From Octopus sinensis (lineage: Eukaryota): 64,000 nt of DNA. The notes below the pieces were generated by a model. That model was not told where the DNA came from, did no database searches, and saw only the letters and a list, made by a program, of their open reading frames with translations. Shown here in pieces: positions 26,186-38,354 of this stretch; position 1 is the stretch's first letter, and each line of letters starts with the position of its first letter. The translations under genes and the position numbers were made by a program. Location: contig NC_043006.1 of the NCBI RefSeq assembly GCF_006345805.1, forward strand, positions 87,234,001 to 87,298,000, written 5' to 3'.

Positions 26186-27683
26186 ACGTATATACATATA
26201 TGAATCTAGAGTACAAGATCATATGCTAAATCCAAGTTATTCAATTATAGTTCAAGTTTGTGTATATTAAGAGTTGTGGGCACCATGTATACATCAAATT
26301 ATGTATGATCGGGATTGTAATATGTGAATGTGTGCTTAGCTTCATGTAGGCATCTGGGTAGTTGTTCCTTTGTTAACATTATCGAGAGTGACTCCTCGGA
26401 GCATAACTGGTATTTCCAGATATAGTGTTTTTGGGACTTGCATGTCTAAGTTTGGATCATGTGACATCGTATTTTGTCTTCGATTCCTTAAGCCTCCAGA
26501 TAAAATTGGCCAGTGATGTTACATGTCCTTTAAGGATATTTTCAAAGCTGGTGATGTGGTTTAATTTTTCAAAAATCGATACCACAACCACATCACCAGC
26601 ATTCGAAATATCCTTAAAGGACATGTAACATCACTGGCCAATTTTATCTGGAGGCTTAAAGAAGCAAAGACAACAACACCATATCCTGGAAATGTCTGTT
26701 ATGTTCTGAGAAGTCACTCTCGATTATGTTAACAAAGGAGCATATTATAAATAAAGTCATTGAACAATTACCTAGATGCCTACATGAAGCTAAACAAACA
26801 TTCACATATTACAAGGCCAACCATACATAACTTGATGTATACATGGTGCCCACAACTCTTAATACACCTGAACTTGAGGAACTATATTTGAATAACTTGC
26901 ATTTGGCATATGATCTTGCAATCTAGGTCTGTATATGCATATGTATACATATATATGCGTATATGTGTGTGTGTATGTATGTATATGCATATGTGTGTAT
27001 GTATTTATGTGTGTGTATATGTGTGTGCATGTGTATATGCATACATATAAGCATATATGTGTGTATGTGTATATATGTATATATATGTGTACATATATGT
27101 GCATATATATCTATACGTATATATATTTACTTATGTGTATATGCGAGTGTATTAATAAGTGTGTGTGTGTCAAACTTTGCACAGACATCTGTATCTTGCT
27201 TTACATATGAATATATGCACATATTTATCTGTTATGTATGTATATTTATGTATATATGCATGTGTGTACCTGCATATATGAGTTCCTATATATACTTATG
27301 CATAACACCCATACATGTGTGTAATGTGCATGTATCTAGTTGTATGTATATGTTCATATACTGGGATGTGCGTGTATGAATGCGTATATATGTATGTATC
27401 TGTGTATGTATATATGTGTCTAAGCACAAACACGAAATATTTTCGTCTAAGTATTATCTTCCTTTCAACTTCTACTTCCTTTTCTTTTCTTTCTCTTAAC
27501 AGTTACAACAGCAAAAGCTCATTATATCATTTCCTCTAAACTAGAATGTATACTTTTCACATTCATATTTGAAAGTTTTGCATTTCAAAAATTTTTCTCT
27601 GTTTTTACTCATTCTCAAATTTGATGGACATATAGCAGTACGTAAGCCAACTCAAGAAATCTCTAATGTGACTTTTTATAGAT

Positions 27684-27725
27684 CTATCTGAAGAGACCCA
27701 GAATGGGTCAAAACATATGTTGTAC
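27684..27725 (+). ncRNA. minimal hammerhead motif (G12A-decayed)
   Basis: tat CTGAAGA gaccc agaat gggtc AAAA catatg TT gta. Confidence 0.65.
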
Positions 27726-27777
27726 CCAATAAAGTCTATTACACATTCCATTTCCTACTTTATTAATACCATATATA

Positions 27778-29010
27778 CAGGGGTTGGACAAAATAATGGA
27801 AACGCCTTAAAATTTCAAACAAATTTAGTTTAATATGGGGTGGGTCCTCCTTCGGCAATAATTACAGCTTGAATTCCATGAGGTATGGACTCGTACAAAG
27901 TTTGAATTGTTTCCAAAGGAACTTTTGTCCGTTCTTCAGCTAAAACAGTCTCCAGTTCTTGTAGTGATGTTGGTGGAGGATTTCAACTCCTTACTTGTTT
28001 TTCTAAAATGCAACATAAATGTTCAATAATATTGAAATCTGGGGACTGTGGTGATCTGATAAGATATTCAGCTTCACTAGAATGGTCCTCGTGCCATTCA
28101 GTAACAACTTCAGCTGTGTGAATTGGTGCATAAGTCATCCTGAAAGATTGTGTTTCCCTCTGGAAACAGTTCCGCAACCATAGGATGAATTTGATCAGAT
28201 AAAATGCTTAAATAGCCTTGACTATTAATTCTGTCATGAAGGAAAATCATTGGGCTGGTGGATTTCCAAGATATAGCCCCAAGATCATCACAGATCCTCC
28301 TCTATGTTTAACAGTTGGAAAAAGGCAGTCTCGGTCAAATGCTTCTTTTGGCTGTCTCCACATGTATACTCGGCCAGTGGTTGAAAATAAGACAAAGGAT
28401 GACTCATCTGAGAAAGTAACATTTTTCAACTGCTCTAGGGACCAATTCTGTAGGTTTTTACTCCACTTTAAATGCTTTGCTAAGTTTGTTTTTGAAAGTA
28501 GTGGTTTTCTGATTGCAGCCCTCCCATGAAATCTGGCTTTGTGCAGCTCCCAGCAAACAGTTTTTGTGGGAAATGGGTTCTCGAGGTGGTCATTAAGCTC
28601 TGCAGTAATTTTGACAGCTGTACATTTGTGGTCCTTTCTAACAATTTGTGTAAGAGTCTGATGGTCCCAATCTGAAAGTTTTGGTTTTCTTCCACAATTT
28701 CGTTTTGACGAAGAGGTTTTTCTCTCTTTCTCAAAGACTGTCTTAATTTTGAGACAGTACTTCTTGATACACCAAACATTTCAGCTGTTTTTGTTACGCT
28801 ACTGCCTGCCATACAAGCACTGACAATTTGACCTCTTTGAAAGTCCAATAGAGTTGCCATTTTAATGAATTTTAATTACCTTTCCCTGATGATATCTGAA
28901 AAGAAGTAGCAATTTTAGCAGAACATATTAAGCAACACTAATAATAAATCAAAAAACATAAAAATAAACAAGCTTTTGATGGTTTTATAGATATTTCAGA
29001 ATTGTGATGC
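27778..29010 (-). mobile_element. Tc1-like transposon with degenerate transposase (one TIR visible)
   Basis: ta|caggggttggacaaaataatggaaac TIR; fragments LLDFQRGQIV...GVSRSTVSK, VTFSDESSF, PTVKHRGGSVMI, PQSPDFNIIEHL in shifted frames. Confidence 0.9.
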
Positions 29011-29029
29011 TATGATGCTATGCTTTAAC

Positions 29030-29740
29030 CTCTTCAATCTTTCTCCCTCCCACTCCTCCTCTCTCTTCGCCGCGTGTCCCCCTCCTCCTTCCCTCTTCCT
29101 TGCCTATAAAACAAAATTCCTTTACACGTGGTTCCCACTATTGAAAAGACTGCCTCCACGCGCTGCTACTACACTTTCGTCCTTGCCAGCAAAAGGCTTC
29201 TTCGTTCGTCCCCTTGTGTGGTTGATTTCCTGTATAGTATTCCTGTTATTTTCTCGTTTTGTAACTAATTGTACTTTTTGTACATGTATTTTATTTTTGC
29301 AGTTTTATTGTTTGTCTATGCCAGAAAAAGGCTTTTTCGTTCGTCCTCTTGTGTTTGTTTTGTACATGTATCTTAATTTGCAGTCTTATTGTTACGTCTG
29401 TTTGTGTTCGTACTCATTTTGCCCCGCTGCTTGAAATTTTATTTAATTCTCTCGCAGGAAGGCCTATTGGATTAGTGTTCTGTTATGCCTTCGAAACATG
29501 CCTGACTCCTCTAGCGACAGCTGATGACGGGGGTTTGTCCTTGTGTAGCTCGTCCTGTATTTGTTTTCGTTTTCTTGTTTTTCGTTTTCCGTTTTCTTGT
29601 TTTTTGTTTTTGGCTTTTTCCGTTCTACGTCTTATTGTGATGTCCTGTACTCCCTATAATTATTTATATATGCATGTATATATAATGTAGATGTAGGTAC
29701 GTACATATATGTTTGTATGTATGCATATATTTTTATTTAT
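29030..29740 (+). repeat. unclassified CpG-retaining, T-rich repeat with an internal duplication
   Basis: tgccag.aaaaggctt.ttcgttcgtcc.cttgtgt at ~29183 and ~29319; truncates the Tc1 end. Confidence 0.5.
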
Positions 29741-29744
29741 CTCC

Positions 29745-29771
<27 letters not shown>

Positions 29772-29775
<4 letters not shown>

Positions 29776-29960
29776 TGCCATGATAGATCGTTAGCCACTA
29801 CACACATTTTTTTCCTCTCCTCGTTTTTTCTGTGTACCTTTCTGTAGAAGAGCGTAGGCTCGAAATGTAAAAGACTTTTTCTTTTCCTGAGCACTATACT
29901 AATACATCTGTTTGTTTTGTACACCATCTATCTTCGTCTTTTGTTTATTTTCGTAAACTT

Positions 29961-29965
<5 letters not shown>
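29772..29965 (+). mobile_element. short HHR-like solo repeat between (TA)n and (CT)n(TA)n
   Basis: cttt CTGTAGA a gagc gtag gctc GAAA tg TA aaag at 29838-29873. Confidence 0.65.
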
Positions 29966-30021
<56 letters not shown>

Positions 30022-30885
30022 ATATAGATATGAGGTCGCTTTATGTGCCTTAGTTAAGTTGATAGGTAACCTCACTTATGAAAACAAAATCACATCATAA
30101 ACTCAATGAAGTAGTTGGCATTAAAAAGAGTAGATAGCTATAGAAACCATGGCAAAATCAGGCATTGGAGTACAATGCAGCCCTCCAATTCCTCAGCTTC
30201 TATAAAACTGTCCAATCCATGTCAGCAAGAAAGATGGACTTTGAGAGATGATGATGATGATGATGATGATAATCATCATCATCATCATCATCATTTAGAG
30301 ATGATGATGATAAATATATACACCATTATCATCTTGATGTGTGTGTGGGTTACAGAAATAAAACCATAGCCTGTGGAAATTATGAGTGACCTGACCCACC
30401 AAAAAATATTTTTAGAAGTTTGTAAATTAGGATAAACTTGGATACTTTATACAAATTTATAAATTTTAATAAATCCTTTTGCCTGAAGCAGACAAGCACT
30501 TGCTTCCTTACACTCTGGCATTTAATTTTAAATGCATATTTGTGTGTATGTTTAATAGAACAATTTATGAAATTTATAAAATCTAATGATTATATATGTT
30601 GAAAATATACTGAAATAATTTTACGATGAGGAACAGAAATCAAATCAATTTATAGAATAGAAATAAGAATATTTTAGTTCCTTATTGTGGATGAGATTGA
30701 GATTTACTTTACATTATCAGCAACATCTAGAGGTTCCATAAAATGATGGTACCAGAAAATCAATTATCTTGAGATAAGATTTAGAGAAACACAACTCTGG
30801 TTTCTGCTCAATATACAGATTTCCATTGTAAGTGTCATTCTGTCTAATAGTGTTGTAAATAAAATTTCAATGATGCCTATATATT

Positions 30886-30919
<34 letters not shown>

Positions 30920-30978
30920 GTATGTATGTGTGTGTATATATAAATAGATAAATCAATATATATGTATGTATTTATAAG

Positions 30979-32080
30979 TAAAATAAGACAAAGTAGAAAA
31001 TGCTAAAATAATTTTATCATGAAGAACATTTTAGTACCGGTTTCAGTCTTGGCGACTTTCTCAACCTAGTGTAAAGCATGAAAAACAATTAAATAGTGAA
31101 AAAATTAAGTTAAATGGTTTTTTTAAAAAATATTTCCATAGTTTTCAAATGCAAGGGACATTTTCCTTTTTTCTGTCTGTCTCTCTTTTTTACTCATGCG
31201 AGATCTTGGTAGCAGGTAGCAATAGCCCTAATATTTGATATGAATTCTTGATTTTGTTTGTTTAAGCAGCAATAGTAGCTGAGAAAAGAAGAAAAAGAAG
31301 AAGAAGAGGGAGTAGGAAAAGAAGAGAAAGAATAATTATAAAATGCGGGAGTGGTATGACAGTAATAGGATGTTGGTGGAATTGTTTTAAGTGGTCAAGT
31401 GACCTAAAAGTGATCTGTTGTGGTTGTAATAGTAGTGATTGGAATTGGTCTGAATAAATTCATGGGTAGTGACTGAATATATCGTTTTTAATATTTGCGT
31501 GGGTATTATTCTAAGGCTCTTGTAATAGTGTCGTTTGTGGTGGACGCATTCAAAAGGGGTTTATATTTTGTGATAAAATATGACTCTTTACTAATGCGCT
31601 GACTACAGTTCGCATCATCCCTGAATTTATAAAGGGGAACATTTCTGAAGCTGGGTTGTTTGTTAGTGGTGCAAATGCCAATGTGTTCACTGAATGTTAT
31701 TTTTCTGTATTCCCGAATTTTGATCTGGGATCTATGTGGGCTGTTTTTGGTTTGGCCTATGTATTGCTCTCAACACCCAGAGCAATACGTAAGCCAAACT
31801 AAAAACAGTCTACTGCTTAAACAATCAAAACCAAGAACTCATATCAAATATTAGGACTACTACTACCTGCTACCAAGATCTCGCATGAGTAAAAAAGAGT
31901 GACAGAGACAGGCAGAAAAAAGGAAAATGTCACATGCATTTGAAAGCTATGGAAATATTTTAAAAAAACATTTCATTTAATTTTTCCACAATTTAATTGT
32001 TTTTCATGCTTAACTGAAACTGGTACTAAACTGTTCTTCATGATAAAATTATTTTACCATTTTCTACATTGTCTTATTTT
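30979..32080 (-). mobile_element. truncated Penelope-like element with inverted terminal arms (30979-31270 / 31814-32080)
   Basis: Minus strand ~31545-31785 reads CSGC*EQYIGQTKN...FSEHIGIC...KESYFITKYKPLLN (GIY-YIG). Arms are reverse-complement homologous. Confidence 0.85.
31029..31069 (-). ncRNA. minimal hammerhead with U3-A8 covariation
   Basis: ctagg TTGAGAA agtc gccaa gact GAAA ccgg TA ctaaaa; stem I is weak in this copy, and the partner arm has lost the core by deletion. Confidence 0.55.
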
Positions 32081-32164
32081 GCTCACATATATCAACTTGT
32101 GTGTTCTTTTCAATCTTCTACACACCACACACACACACACACACACACACGCACGCACACATAT

Positions 32165-32510
32165 ATCTTTTATCTTTTACTTGTTTCAGTCATTAGATGG
32201 CAGCCATACTGGGGCACCACCTTGCAGTACATGTTTCTTAAACCCTGGTACATACTCTGTTGATTTATTTTGCTAAACCCCTAAGTTATGGGAATGTAAA
32301 CAAACCAACACTAGTTGTCAAGCAGTGTTGGGGAATAAACACACACACACACATACAATGGGCTTTTTTCAGTTTCCATTAACGAAATCCCCTCACAAGC
32401 TTTTGTCAGCTTGGGTCTAAAGTAGAAGACATAGGGTGCCACTAAGTGCAATTGAACCCAAAGCCATTTGGTTGCAAAGCAAGCTTCTTACAATACATCC
32501 AAGCCTGTAC
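32165..32510 (-). mobile_element. SINE family B
   Basis: Reverse complement of the family B body. Confidence 0.8.
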
Positions 32511-32539
32511 CTACCTATATAGATAAATCAAACATTGGG

Positions 32540-32935
32540 TGATATGCCTTTTGAGCGTTGGGCCTCATGGGGGCAATGTGGCCTATACTGGTGTCACCTA
32601 ACTAGCACTCGTACCAGTGACACATAAAAAGCACTTTTTGTATGCTGGGCCTCAGAGAAGCAATGACAAATGATGTGCTGAGAAGACCTATCAAGCCAAG
32701 TGAAATCAGTTATGGCAGATATTGGTGTCATGCAAATTGACACCCATGCATTTGGCACATAAAAGCACTCATTAAACTCTCGGAGTGGTTGGTGTTAAGA
32801 AAGGTATCCAGCTGTAAAAAACCATGCCAAATCAGACTAGAGTTTTCTGCAGCCCCTCAGATTACCAGCCCTGGTCAAACTTTCCAATCCATGCCAGCAT
32901 GGAGAACAGACATTAAATGATGCTGATGATGATGG
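32540..32935 (+). mobile_element. RTE 3' UTR/tail fragment
   Basis: ctcggagtggttggtgttaagaaaggtatccagctgta...ccatgccagcatggagaacagacattaaatgatg. Confidence 0.8.
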
Positions 32936-32969
32936 TGGTTATATATAAGTTGGGCATATATAAGTTGAA

Positions 32970-33200
32970 AGCGGTGAGCTGGCAGAAACGTTAGCATACT
33001 GGGCTAAATGTGTGGCCGTATTTCGTCCACCGTTACGTTTTAAGTTCAAATTCCGCCAAGGTCGACTTCGCCTTTCATCCTTTCGGGGTCGATAAATAAA
33101 GTACCAGTTACGCACTGGGGTCGATGTAATCGACTTAATCTCTTTGTCTGTCCTTGTTTGTCCCCTCTATGTTTAGCCCATTGTGGGCAGTAAAGAAATA
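32970..33200 (+). mobile_element. SINE family A
   Basis: Consensus match; tatataagttg(ggcata) occurs on both flanks (TSD-like). Confidence 0.9.
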
Positions 33201-33219
33201 TATATAAGTTGGGCATAAA

Positions 33220-33532
33220 TGACATCAGATGCAGTGTACAAGAGAGACAACTGAACTGGTATGGTCATGTGATGTGTATGGACAAAGACAGCTGTGTGAA
33301 GAAGTGCTAGTCTCTAACAGTGGAGGGAACCTGTGGAAGAGGTAGGCCCAGGAAGACATGGGACAAGGTGGCGAAGCATGATCCTCAAACGTTGGGCCTC
33401 ACAGAGGCAATGATAAGTGAGTGAGACCTTTGATATGCTGTTCTTGAGAAAACTCGTCAAACCAAGTGAAATCATAGTCATGGCTGATGCCAGTGTTACA
33501 TAGCTGACACCCATGCCAGTGGTACATAAAAA
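33220..33532 (+). mobile_element. RTE RT C-terminal/3' fragment
   Basis: WYGHV..MDKDSCVKKC, VEGTCGRGRPRKTWDKVAKHD. Confidence 0.85.
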
Positions 33533-33537
33533 GTACT

Positions 33538-33682
33538 TATTATTTACATTATTTACATTTGACAGATATTTGTCCTCATCTTGTTTGTTGTTAACACAAC
33601 GTTTCAGATGATATACCCTCCAGCCTTCATCAGGTATCTTGGGGAATTTCGAACCTGGGTTCTCATTCCTAAGGTATTTTTT
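33538..33682 (-). mobile_element. 5'-truncated copy of the hammerhead-bearing SINE
   Basis: HHR at 33594-33637 (atac CTGATGA a ggctg gagggtatat catct GAAA cg TT gtgt) and aatgtaaat tail; homologous to 63750-63898. Confidence 0.85.
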
Positions 33683-33764
33683 CTCATCTCTTAAATATAG
33701 AACTGTATAAAAAGTACTCTTCTAAAATTGGGTGATATGTCTTGCTTGAGAAGGCCCATCAATT

Positions 33765-34200
33765 GTTCAGTGATGGTCCCCCAAGATCAGTTCATGAATT
33801 TTCATGATGTTTTCATTTATTCAGGAGGTTGATGGAAGCCTTGAATGAAGTTGGTCTTCAAGTGATAAGTGACCATTCCTAAAGCATGAAAACCACTTGT
33901 AAACTTGTGTCTTGCTCATGGCAATGTCCTTGTAAGCTGTTTGAAGCATGACAACTGTTTCAGCTGCTGTTTTTCCCAGCAGAAAACAGAATTTCACGGA
34001 AGCACGTTGTTCCTTTGTTTCATCCATTGCAAAAATCAATAAACAAGGATGCACCATGTGGTTGTACAACTTCACTTGATGATACTGGTTAGCATATTAA
34101 AGTTTTGGGGTTGCATCAAGTGACTTCTAGTGGCAGAAGCCAGAATTACAATGGGCTTGTCCCACTAGAACATTTCCTGTTACTTTTGGGTATCCTCTCT
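33765..34200 (-). mobile_element. mariner 5' fragment
   Basis: EQRASVKFCFLLGKTAAETVVMLQTAYKDIAMSKTQVYKWFSCFRNG (mariner N-terminal HTH). Confidence 0.85.
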
Positions 34201-34204
34201 TATA

Positions 34205-34362
34205 TACGGCAGTGTGGTAATAAGCTTGCTTTCTCACCATACGGTTACATGTTTAGTCCTACTGCATGGTACCTTGGGAAAGTGTCTTCTACTATAGCCA
34301 TGGGCCAACCAAAGCCTCATGAATGGATCTGGTAGATGGAAACTGAAAGAAGCTTGTCATGC

Positions 34363-34429
<67 letters not shown>

Positions 34430-34845
34430 TACATACATACTTTATTTAAAAGCAGCAGAAATATAAAAGCATATTACTCTACTTCTGGTATTTGAGTACT
34501 CTTTTTTCCACCTTGTTTCACATTTATGTGCTTACTCCGGTATATATATTTATGTATATATATGTATGTATATATATATATGTATATATACATACACATG
34601 TGTGTGGTGTGTGGGGGGGATGTGTGTGTGTCTTTGTTTCTGTGTTTGTCCTGTGACACCACTTGACAACTGATGTTGGTGTGTTTACATCCTCATAACA
34701 GTGGTTTGGCAGTTGAGACTGATAGAATAAGTACTAGGCTTTAAGAAAAAATAAGTCTTGGGGTCGGTTCATTTGACTAAAACCCTTCGGGGCTGTGCCC
34801 CAGCATGACTGCAGTCAAATGAGTGAAACAAGTAAACAATAAAAA
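34205..34845 (+). mobile_element. SINE B interrupted in its microsatellite by a PLE terminal fragment (34440-34540)
   Basis: SINE head and tail present. 34440-34540 is largely the reverse complement of 44754-44825 (gagtactcttttttccaccttgtttcacatttatgtg). Confidence 0.8.
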
Positions 34846-34959
34846 TATGTTTCCTTATATACATGTGTAAAGGCTGTATGCAAACTGTTTTCACTTGTTA
34901 TTGTCAGACAAGTGTAAAAAATGCCAAACTGTAATTTAGTAGAAGCACACACAGCCTAA

Positions 34960-35690
34960 GAGAATGTTTCAGAGAGGAAATAAGGTAATCTTTGGTAAAT
35001 TTATGTTACCAGTAACAATGTAAGAAAAATTTACCATCCTTAACAGACTGAACTGAAACAGAAAGATCTGGGAAAGTTTATTGCATGTGGTCATACCTAC
35101 AACAACAATAGTAACCAAAATATATGATACAGATGTTGATGACAATGATGATGATAATGATAATGGTGATGACGATGGTGGGTGTAGGGTGGTGATAGGA
35201 AAGACGATAAATCTTCCGTTTTGCTCAACAAATTTCCACAGTATCTACCAGCAATGATATTGTTGAAAACAGCACTATACAGACTACTGACACTATAGCA
35301 GATTATTCTTGTGCTAAGCTGGTTTACAACCATCTAATTTGCTTCTTGTTAGCAGCCTATGATAACACAACAGATCAAGTATTTAACAATTGTAAAAAGC
35401 TTTACAAGAAACAGGGAACGGGTTTTAAAACAACCTTGGCACCATCCACCACCATGATTTCATCTCCATTTCCATCAGCAACAAAAAGAAGCCATATCTT
35501 TCATGATAAAATGATTTTTCTGTTTTCCTTTTTTTTTGGTATTTTCTTTCCAAATAAAATATTTTTCATGGCTATGTCTGCCAATACATATGGGAAGAAA
35601 ATTGAGAAACTTTGAAGTACCAATATATTTCAATTTTCACTGAATATCTCACTGGAATGAAATACTGTTTATCTTTTCTCACTAGTAATT
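34960..35690. repeat. inverted paralog of 14520-15480
   Basis: See the 14520 feature; ORF-track peptides LLADCYNTTDQV and LAAYDNTTDQV align. Confidence 0.8.
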
Positions 35691-36290
35691 TCCAAAAAAG
35701 GAATTTTTTTTACATATATTTTTTTATGCCATTACTACATTCCAAGTTCCAGTTTCCAAGGATCAACCCTTAAAATTCACCTATTATTTAGATTTATTGC
35801 TTACTAAAATACTTTGGCCATCATTTCCAATAAATTGCTATTGTAATAAACATCATGGTGAACAGAATCACCATTAGTCTAAAGAAGACAGAAAATGAGT
35901 GGTGTAAGGTAGAATTATGACTTACACAATAATTGCATGTAAAGGCATGTGACAAAGTGGTGTGTTTGGCTCATGATCACAAGGTTGAGAGTTCAACTCC
36001 TGGATGGGGCAGTATATTGTGTCCTTGAGCAAGGTACTACGTTTTATGTTGCTCTCAGTTGCTCAACTATAATCTACATTAGCTGGACACTAGTTCAGTC
36101 CTCTCTTCCTTTTGCTGTCACATCCTAGACAATCTGTTGGATCAAGTGTAATGGAATGAGGGGGCATCTATTTCTACTCATGACTACAGAGGCACCAAAA
36201 ACAATTCGTGAAAGCATGGTTCATGTTAAGCCATTATCATTTGCAATTGAGAGCTGGCTGTGCTATGTTATATGCATTCAGGCAAGTACA

Positions 36291-37603
36291 TACGAGACCA
36301 AGTGAAAAGTGCATACGCTGGCTATGAAGAATTTATGCTAGAGCTGTGAAATCTTCCATGTATTAATTCTAGTACTTCTAATTGATAACTGTATTGTTTC
36401 TTTCCAGATAAACTGACATCTGACCGTTCAAGGAAGACTTCAAAAGTGTCTAGTAGAGACTTCTCTTGAAAATAGTCAAAATTTGGCATTGTGTACCTGT
36501 AGAAAAATAGCTTAGACCCCCAAGGCATTCATGCTGACACGGTTGCTACATTAGGAGATGATGCTCCAGCTTATCAACAGTGCAAAAGTAGGCAGCTGAA
36601 TTTAGGAATAAAAGGGAGAGTCTTGAAGTTGCCCCAAGACCAGGATGTCGTGCAACTGCTGCTGCCACAGATAACATTGACCATGTTCACCACATGGTGA
36701 GGGATGACAAGCAACTGACTACAAATCAAATAGCCGATGCTATCAACATTTCCAGTGAGAGAGTTGAGAATATTCTGCACAATGAGCTTGGTATGACAAT
36801 GGTATCTGCTCAGTGGATGATACATCTTCTGATCAAAAGTGCACCAGACTGATCACACCATGGGAAAATTCGACATCATTTGAGGCAGATCCATTTGGTT
36901 TTCCTTTAATGTTTCCTAACCAAGGAAGACTGCTGAATTCATCACTTTGAACTAGAAACAAAGAGACAATCCATAAAGTGGATAGACCTCTCCTCACTTG
37001 CTCTGAAGAAGGCCAAGGTCATTTCATCTGCAGTGAAGGTGACACCATCAGTTTTTTTGGGATGCAAAAGGCATTGTGTTTATTGACTATTTTCAAAAGG
37101 GCCACACCATCAAAGGAGTGTATGATGCCAACTTGCCTCAGCAAGTTGGCATAGTACTCTCCATAACTGCTGAGGCACTTATGAAAAGCTGTCAAGACTG
37201 AACGACCATGAAAATTGATAGAAGGGGTCTTATTCCATCAGTAAAATCTTCCAGTACACAAGTCATTGAGTTCAATGGCTGCTGTTCATGACTGTGGTTT
37301 TGAACTGATTAATCACCATCCCTTTCTAATTCATTTGACCCTTTCTAACTCATCTGTTCACCAACATGAAAAAACACTGGGATGGGAACCAGAATCGTAG
37401 TGATGATGATATCATATTTGATGTTGATTACTTTTTTGAAGAATGAGATGAAAACTTCCCTACCAGTGGGATCCAATGGTTGCAATACCAGTGGAAGATG
37501 TGTGTGGACCACCAGGGTGACTATGTTGAAAAGTAAACCTCACTTGGTCTCATTCCATGAGAATATCTCGGTCCGCCTATGAAGTTTTCAGTAGACCCTC
37601 ATA
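36291..37603 (+). mobile_element. decayed full-length mariner
   Basis: ta|cgag...gaaaagt start and ttttcagtagaccctca|ta end; fragments ATLGDDAPAY, SAVKVTPSVFW, FIDYFQKGHTI, WKMCVDHQGDYVEK. Confidence 0.85.
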
Positions 37604-38109
37604 CACACACAAATACCCATCATCATTGTTTTCTGTCCACTTTTCCATGATGGTACAGGGCAGATGAGACTCTGTCATGAAGTGTCTTACAGACAGATGT
37701 TCTTCTTGGTTTCAATCTTTTTTGTTGCTTCTGACACCACACAGTGATTGAGTATAACATATAAAAGCTCGTGTTAATACACATACATAAACATACAGAC
37801 AACTGTATATCTTTCTCACTTCAAATTTCACATGGAGTGGTAGTGGCACCATCATGGCAAAATGGTATGCCATGGAAATTTTAAACTTCTGAAGTATACC
37901 CTTCTCCAGACCTAACTGACAAGTTGAGAGGAAGAGAGAGAGGGGGATAGAGCGAGAGGGAGAGAGAGCAAGAGAGAGAGAAGGCAAGAACTGAGTTTTA
38001 GAATGACAACACTGTATCCTGCCTGTATGCTGTAAGAGCTTAGAAACAAAAAGGATTAGTATAAGGAAGGTACTATCCAATTTAACAGAGAGAAGTACTG
38101 ACATTAGTA

Positions 38110-38352
38110 GGGTTTTAAACCCTAAACAAAAACATATCAAGCATGACCAATTCCCAGGTCTTCTTCCATTTTAAAACTTTCTTTTCCTTTGCTACATTTA
38201 CTTTAAAACTTCTCAATTTTAGGTTTAGATTTGATGTATAGAATTTTTTCTAATTCCACCCTTTCCACCCCCATCACCTGTACCAGAAGTCTCTATCCTC
38301 TGACCTCTATCGGATGTCTCTCCCATGAACACCTCCAAAGGCTTAATGTTGC
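38110..38352 (+). repeat. ~240-bp near-identical direct duplicate of 49341-49600
   Basis: gggttttaaacc.taaacaaaa...cctccaaaggcttaatgtt is almost identical in both copies. Confidence 0.9.
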
Positions 38353-38354
38353 CC

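Larger units (their letters stand above)
24832..27770. mobile_element. Penelope-derived giant palindrome (arms 24832-26561 / 26586-27631) with HHR just downstream
   Basis: Arms are reverse-complement homologous. Centre encodes FKNRYHNHITSIRNILKGHVTSLANFIWRLKEAK (PLE GIY-YIG C-terminal half). HHR at 27684. Confidence 0.85.
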
